From Polyangiales bacterium (lineage in GTDB: Bacteria; Myxococcota_A; Polyangia; Polyangiales; Polyangiaceae): a stretch of DNA of 64,000 bases. The notes beneath the pieces were generated by a model that was not told the origin of the DNA, made no database searches, and saw nothing but the letters and a program-made list of their open reading frames with translations. The translations under genes and the position numbers were made by a program. The stretch covers positions 128,001 to 192,000 of the forward strand of contig JBBRLQ010000002.1 of the NCBI GenBank assembly GCA_038231275.1, given 5' to 3'. Positions 59,033 through 64,000 of the stretch are shown in pieces. The stretch's first letter is position 1; each line of letters begins with the position of its first letter.

Positions 59033-60139
59033 ATGGCGCATGCCGTACGAATCTCGGCGGTCATTGCGGCCTGCGCGTTTCCCGCGCTCGGCTGCACGTC
59101 ACTCCTCGGCGATTACGAGCACGCCGATGGCGCTCTTGGTCAGGCCGCCGCGCCGGACGGCGGGACAGGGGGGCCCGCGGGACCGGACGGAGGGACGGTC
59201 GCCGACGACGCGAGGACCACCGTGGAGGCGGGACAGAGCGCCGACGTCGCCGGCCCCCCGCCCGCCGCTCTCGTCACAGGCCAGACCAACCTGCGCGGCC
59301 TCGTGGTCGACGCGGCCAATGTGTATTTTACACGTTACGAGCCCGCGGCCGACGTCACGCAGGTGCCGCTCGACGGCGGTGCTCCACTCTCGCTCGGCGC
59401 GGGGATCGACGGCGCGACGGCCCTCGCCCTCGACGGCGCGGGGCTCGTGTACTGGACTTCCGCAGCCTCGAACGGCACCTGGCAGCTCTTCGACGCGAAG
59501 ATCGGTGTCGCGGGCTCCGCGCGCGCTCTCCTGGCGCCCGTCCCGGCCGGCGTGCCACACGGCCTCGCGGTCGACGCGACGCGCACCTTCGTAGGACAGG
59601 TCTCGAGCAGCGGCTACGCGGCCGTCTTCTCGTTTCCGCACGTGGGAGGGCCACCCGCGACGCTCGCGAACGGCCCCGGCAAGCTCGGTGACGTCCGCGA
59701 GCGCGGTGGCGACGTCGTGTGGGCGGACACCGCGAACGGCCGCGTCTACTCCGTCTCCAAGAGTCCGGGAAGCAGCGTCGTCGCGTTGGCCACTGGCATG
59801 GTCCAACCGACCGAGCTCGTCGTCGCCGGCGACACCGTCATCTGGATCAACCACGGCGCGATCGGCGCGTCCTCGATCTCCGCCGCGACCGTCGGCGTCG
59901 CCGGCTCCCATCGCGTGCTCGCGAAGAGCCTCCCCTCCCCCGCCGGCATCGCGACCGACGGCGCCCGGGTCTTCTGGACCGACGCCGTCGCCGGCGAGCT
60001 TTTGTCGATGCGCCTCGACGGGGGCGACGTCCACCGCGAGATCGGCGGGATCGCTCAGCCCGGCGCGCTCGCGGTCACCGCCTCGCACCTCGTCTGGTAC
60101 GCCGCGGCGGACGGCTCGATTTGGGCGCGGGGGCGCTGA
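59033..60139 (+). CDS. Beta-propeller lipoprotein (YWT-type repeats)
   Basis: Lipobox ALGC; repeats 'VDAANVYFT', 'VYWT', 'TDGARVFWTD'. Confidence 0.8.
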   Translation: MAHAVRISAVIAACAFPALGCTSLLGDYEHADGALGQAAAPDGGTGGPAGPDGGTVADDARTTVEAGQSADVAGPPPAALVTGQTNLRGLVVDAANVYFTRYEPAADVTQVPLDGGAPLSLGAGIDGATALALDGAGLVYWTSAASNGTWQLFDAKIGVAGSARALLAPVPAGVPHGLAVDATRTFVGQVSSSGYAAVFSFPHVGGPPATLANGPGKLGDVRERGGDVVWADTANGRVYSVSKSPGSSVVALATGMVQPTELVVAGDTVIWINHGAIGASSISAATVGVAGSHRVLAKSLPSPAGIATDGARVFWTDAVAGELLSMRLDGGDVHREIGGIAQPGALAVTASHLVWYAAADGSIWARGR

Positions 60140-60259
60140 GGCCGCGCCCTGACGGACCCCAGATCCGGGGTATCATTTACCTACATGTGCGTACGTTTCG
60201 CGCAGACCCCCTGCCCCATGCTGCTGCACGACGGAGGGAAACTCGGGCAAAGTGCAGGG

Positions 60260-60727
60260 ATGAGTGAGTCGCGGTTCGCGCGTGTGGATGTCGCTCGGGT
60301 CCTGGAGGCCGGCGGTCAGCTCTCGGCGACCGAGGCGGAGGCCATCCTCGAGATCGCGTACCTCTCGACCGTCGTCGACGGACGGCTCTCGGACGAAGAG
60401 ATCGCCGCGTTCGCGCAGGTCGCCGCGCGCCTTAAGGCCTCGGCGATCGAGGGGCGCAAGCTCGACGATCTGCTCGACGGGTACGCGCGCCACATCGAGC
60501 ACCGGGACATCGCGGAGCGCCTCGCCGAGCTGGCCAAGTCGCTCACGCGCGACGACGCGCGCAAGACCGCGTACAAGGTCGCGTTCGCCATGGCCCTCTG
60601 CGATCTCGCCACCAGCGACGACGAGAGCGACTTCGACGACGCGCTCGTCAACTTGCTGGGGCTGTCGATCGAGGACGTCGACGCGCTCGAGTCGGAGGTC
60701 TACGCCGCGCTCGACGGCGTGCAGTAG
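60260..60727 (+). CDS. TerB-family protein
   Basis: 'VDGRLSDEE', 'AMALCDLATSDDE...LVNLLGL'. Confidence 0.78.
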   Translation: MSESRFARVDVARVLEAGGQLSATEAEAILEIAYLSTVVDGRLSDEEIAAFAQVAARLKASAIEGRKLDDLLDGYARHIEHRDIAERLAELAKSLTRDDARKTAYKVAFAMALCDLATSDDESDFDDALVNLLGLSIEDVDALESEVYAALDGVQ

Positions 60728-60728
60728 G

Positions 60729-62351
<1,623 letters not shown>

Positions 62352-62594
62352 GGGGGGCGCGGTAAATAGCACAAGTTGGTCGCCGTACGTCGCGCGCGGC
62401 CTCTCCGTCGTGGCGGCGCTTTCACAGGGCGTGTGGCCGGCCGGCACACGCAGCCGGTGGGAACGCGCGATCTGGCGTGAAATGGCCGGTTTCCATGACG
62501 GCGCGGCGGTGGCGCGCGAAGTGCTTTAGGCAAAGTACGGAACGCCGCGTCGCGCAGCTCGCGCCGACGTCGCGCGCTCCCCTTTGGCTTCCTC

Positions 62595-63770
62595 ATGCTC
62601 GAAGACCGTCCCTCGCCGGGCGTCCGGCTCCCGTCCATCGCCATGCTCTTCGGCGCCTTCGCAGGCGCGGGGGTGGCCGCCGGCGCGATCTCGCTCGCGT
62701 TCGATCAGTCGCTCAACTTCCATGTGTTCCGCGCGGCGTCATTCGATCTGATTCACCGCCGGGACCTCTACGAGAAGCACGCGGAGGACTACTTCAAGTA
62801 CAGCCCGACGTTCGCGCTCCTCTTCTTGCCGTTCGCGTGGCTGCCTTCGTGGCTCGGCGCGCCGCTGTGGGCGCTCGCGAATTTCATGGTCGCGTTCTTC
62901 GGCATCGAGCGCGTCGTACAGGACCCCGCCCAGAAGCGCGTCGCGCTGACGATCGCGCTCGCGGGGATCTTGCTCGCCACCGACGGGGATCAGTCGAACT
63001 TGCTCGTCGCGGGCGCGCTTCTCCTCTCGCTGCACGCGTTCGAGCAGAGCAGCTCGGGGGCCGGCGCTGCGCTCATCACGGGAGCCGCGTTCGTGAAGCT
63101 CTTTCCGGCGGTCGGCGCCGTCTTCGCCCTCCTCGCGCGGCGGCGAAAAGAGGCGGTTCGCGCGCTGGCGCTGACGGCGGTGCTCTGGCTCGCGCTGCCG
63201 ATCCTCGTGATGCGTCCGCGGACGCTGGCGCGCGAGTACGCATCGTGGGGGCACCTCTTGTCGTGGGACCACGCGAACCACGGGTGGTGCGTGATGAGCC
63301 TCGTGCAAGACGCGCTGCACGTCCCGGTGTCGAGCCTCGCCATTCAGGTGACGGGGATGGCGCTCCAGGTCGTGCCGGTGGTCCTCGGCCTCCTCTTTGG
63401 GACCGACGCGCGGTGGCGCCGGACGTTCGCGTGCTCGCTCCTCGTCTTCATGGTCCTCTTCAACCATCGGGCAGAGTACGCGTCGTTCGTCCTTTCGGCG
63501 ATCGCCGTCGGAGTCTGGTTCGCGACGACGCGCCCTCGCTCGCCGCTGGTGGGCGCGCTCGTGGCGCTCGCCGTCATCGCGCCCGGGCCGTTCTTCACGC
63601 GCGCGGATCCCAGCGTCACCGGTGTCTTCGCGATCCTCGGCGCGCACCGGCAGTTTCATGCGCTGCGCCTGGTGCCGCTCGTCTTCCTGTGGGCGCTCAT
63701 GCACAAGGACTTGCTCGCGCGCTTCGTCGACGTCCGCGTGTCGCTGCGCGCGCCGGTGCGGGAGAGCTGA
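62595..63770 (+). CDS. GT87/DUF2029-like membrane glycosyltransferase
   Basis: 'DYFKYSPTFALLF.PFA', 'QSN', 'VKLFP'; many TM helices. Confidence 0.8.
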   Translation: MLEDRPSPGVRLPSIAMLFGAFAGAGVAAGAISLAFDQSLNFHVFRAASFDLIHRRDLYEKHAEDYFKYSPTFALLFLPFAWLPSWLGAPLWALANFMVAFFGIERVVQDPAQKRVALTIALAGILLATDGDQSNLLVAGALLLSLHAFEQSSSGAGAALITGAAFVKLFPAVGAVFALLARRRKEAVRALALTAVLWLALPILVMRPRTLAREYASWGHLLSWDHANHGWCVMSLVQDALHVPVSSLAIQVTGMALQVVPVVLGLLFGTDARWRRTFACSLLVFMVLFNHRAEYASFVLSAIAVGVWFATTRPRSPLVGALVALAVIAPGPFFTRADPSVTGVFAILGAHRQFHALRLVPLVFLWALMHKDLLARFVDVRVSLRAPVRES

Positions 63771-63774
63771 GGCG

Positions 63775-64000
63775 ATGCACCGCCGCATTGCCGTCCGCAT
63801 CGTCGACGCCGCCGGACGCTGGCCCGTCGTCGTCGTGGCCCTAGCGCTGGCCCTCACCTTCGCCCTCGGCGCCTTCGCGCGTCGCCTGGAGTTGCGGTCC
63901 GATCTGCTCGAGCTCTTGCCGCGCGACAGCCCTGGATTTCAGGCGTTCGAGCACCAGCTCGGACGCGTCGGAGGCGGCTCGACGCTCATCGTCATCGTCT
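63775..64000 (+). CDS. MMPL/RND-family transporter, N-terminal part (truncated by the window)
   Basis: MHRRIAVRIV... then a TM helix and 'LELRSDLLELLPRDSP'; open to the window end. Confidence 0.7.
   Translation, partial: MHRRIAVRIVDAAGRWPVVVVALALALTFALGAFARRLELRSDLLELLPRDSPGFQAFEHQLGRVGGGSTLIVIV

Noticed and set aside
60260-60727. TerB and FHA genes as part of a ter-type stress/defence cluster
   Set aside because: They are isolated and differently oriented, and no other ter genes, kinase or phosphatase are adjacent.

Overview
This is a very GC-rich, gene-dense bacterial window whose gene content points to a myxobacterium (Polyangiales/Labilithrix-like). It carries many Cys-rich lipoproteins with 'D(A/G)G' linkers, two ECF sigma/anti-sigma cassettes, a DUF2760-Hsp70-Hsp70 operon, a DUF1592/DUF1588-like plus Tat-protein pair, an AgmX/PglI-domain protein, prfC and a tRNA-Arg(CCT). 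The most notable locus is a retron-type reverse transcriptase (23428-24774, minus strand). It is preceded by a ~200-nt non-coding segment that folds by eye into a complete msr/msd architecture: an a1/a2 stem with a bulged G, two msr hairpins and an msd hairpin. No recognisable toxic effector is adjacent, and alternative pairings could mask the RT start region. Other observations are a REP-like element at three convergent gene junctions, a frameshifted pentaheme cytochrome, a GH71 glucanase, a lysyl oxidase and a MORN/SUKH-like/HEAT protein. All family calls come from motif recognition by eye, not database searches. Start codons were chosen by eye and may differ from the ORF track.
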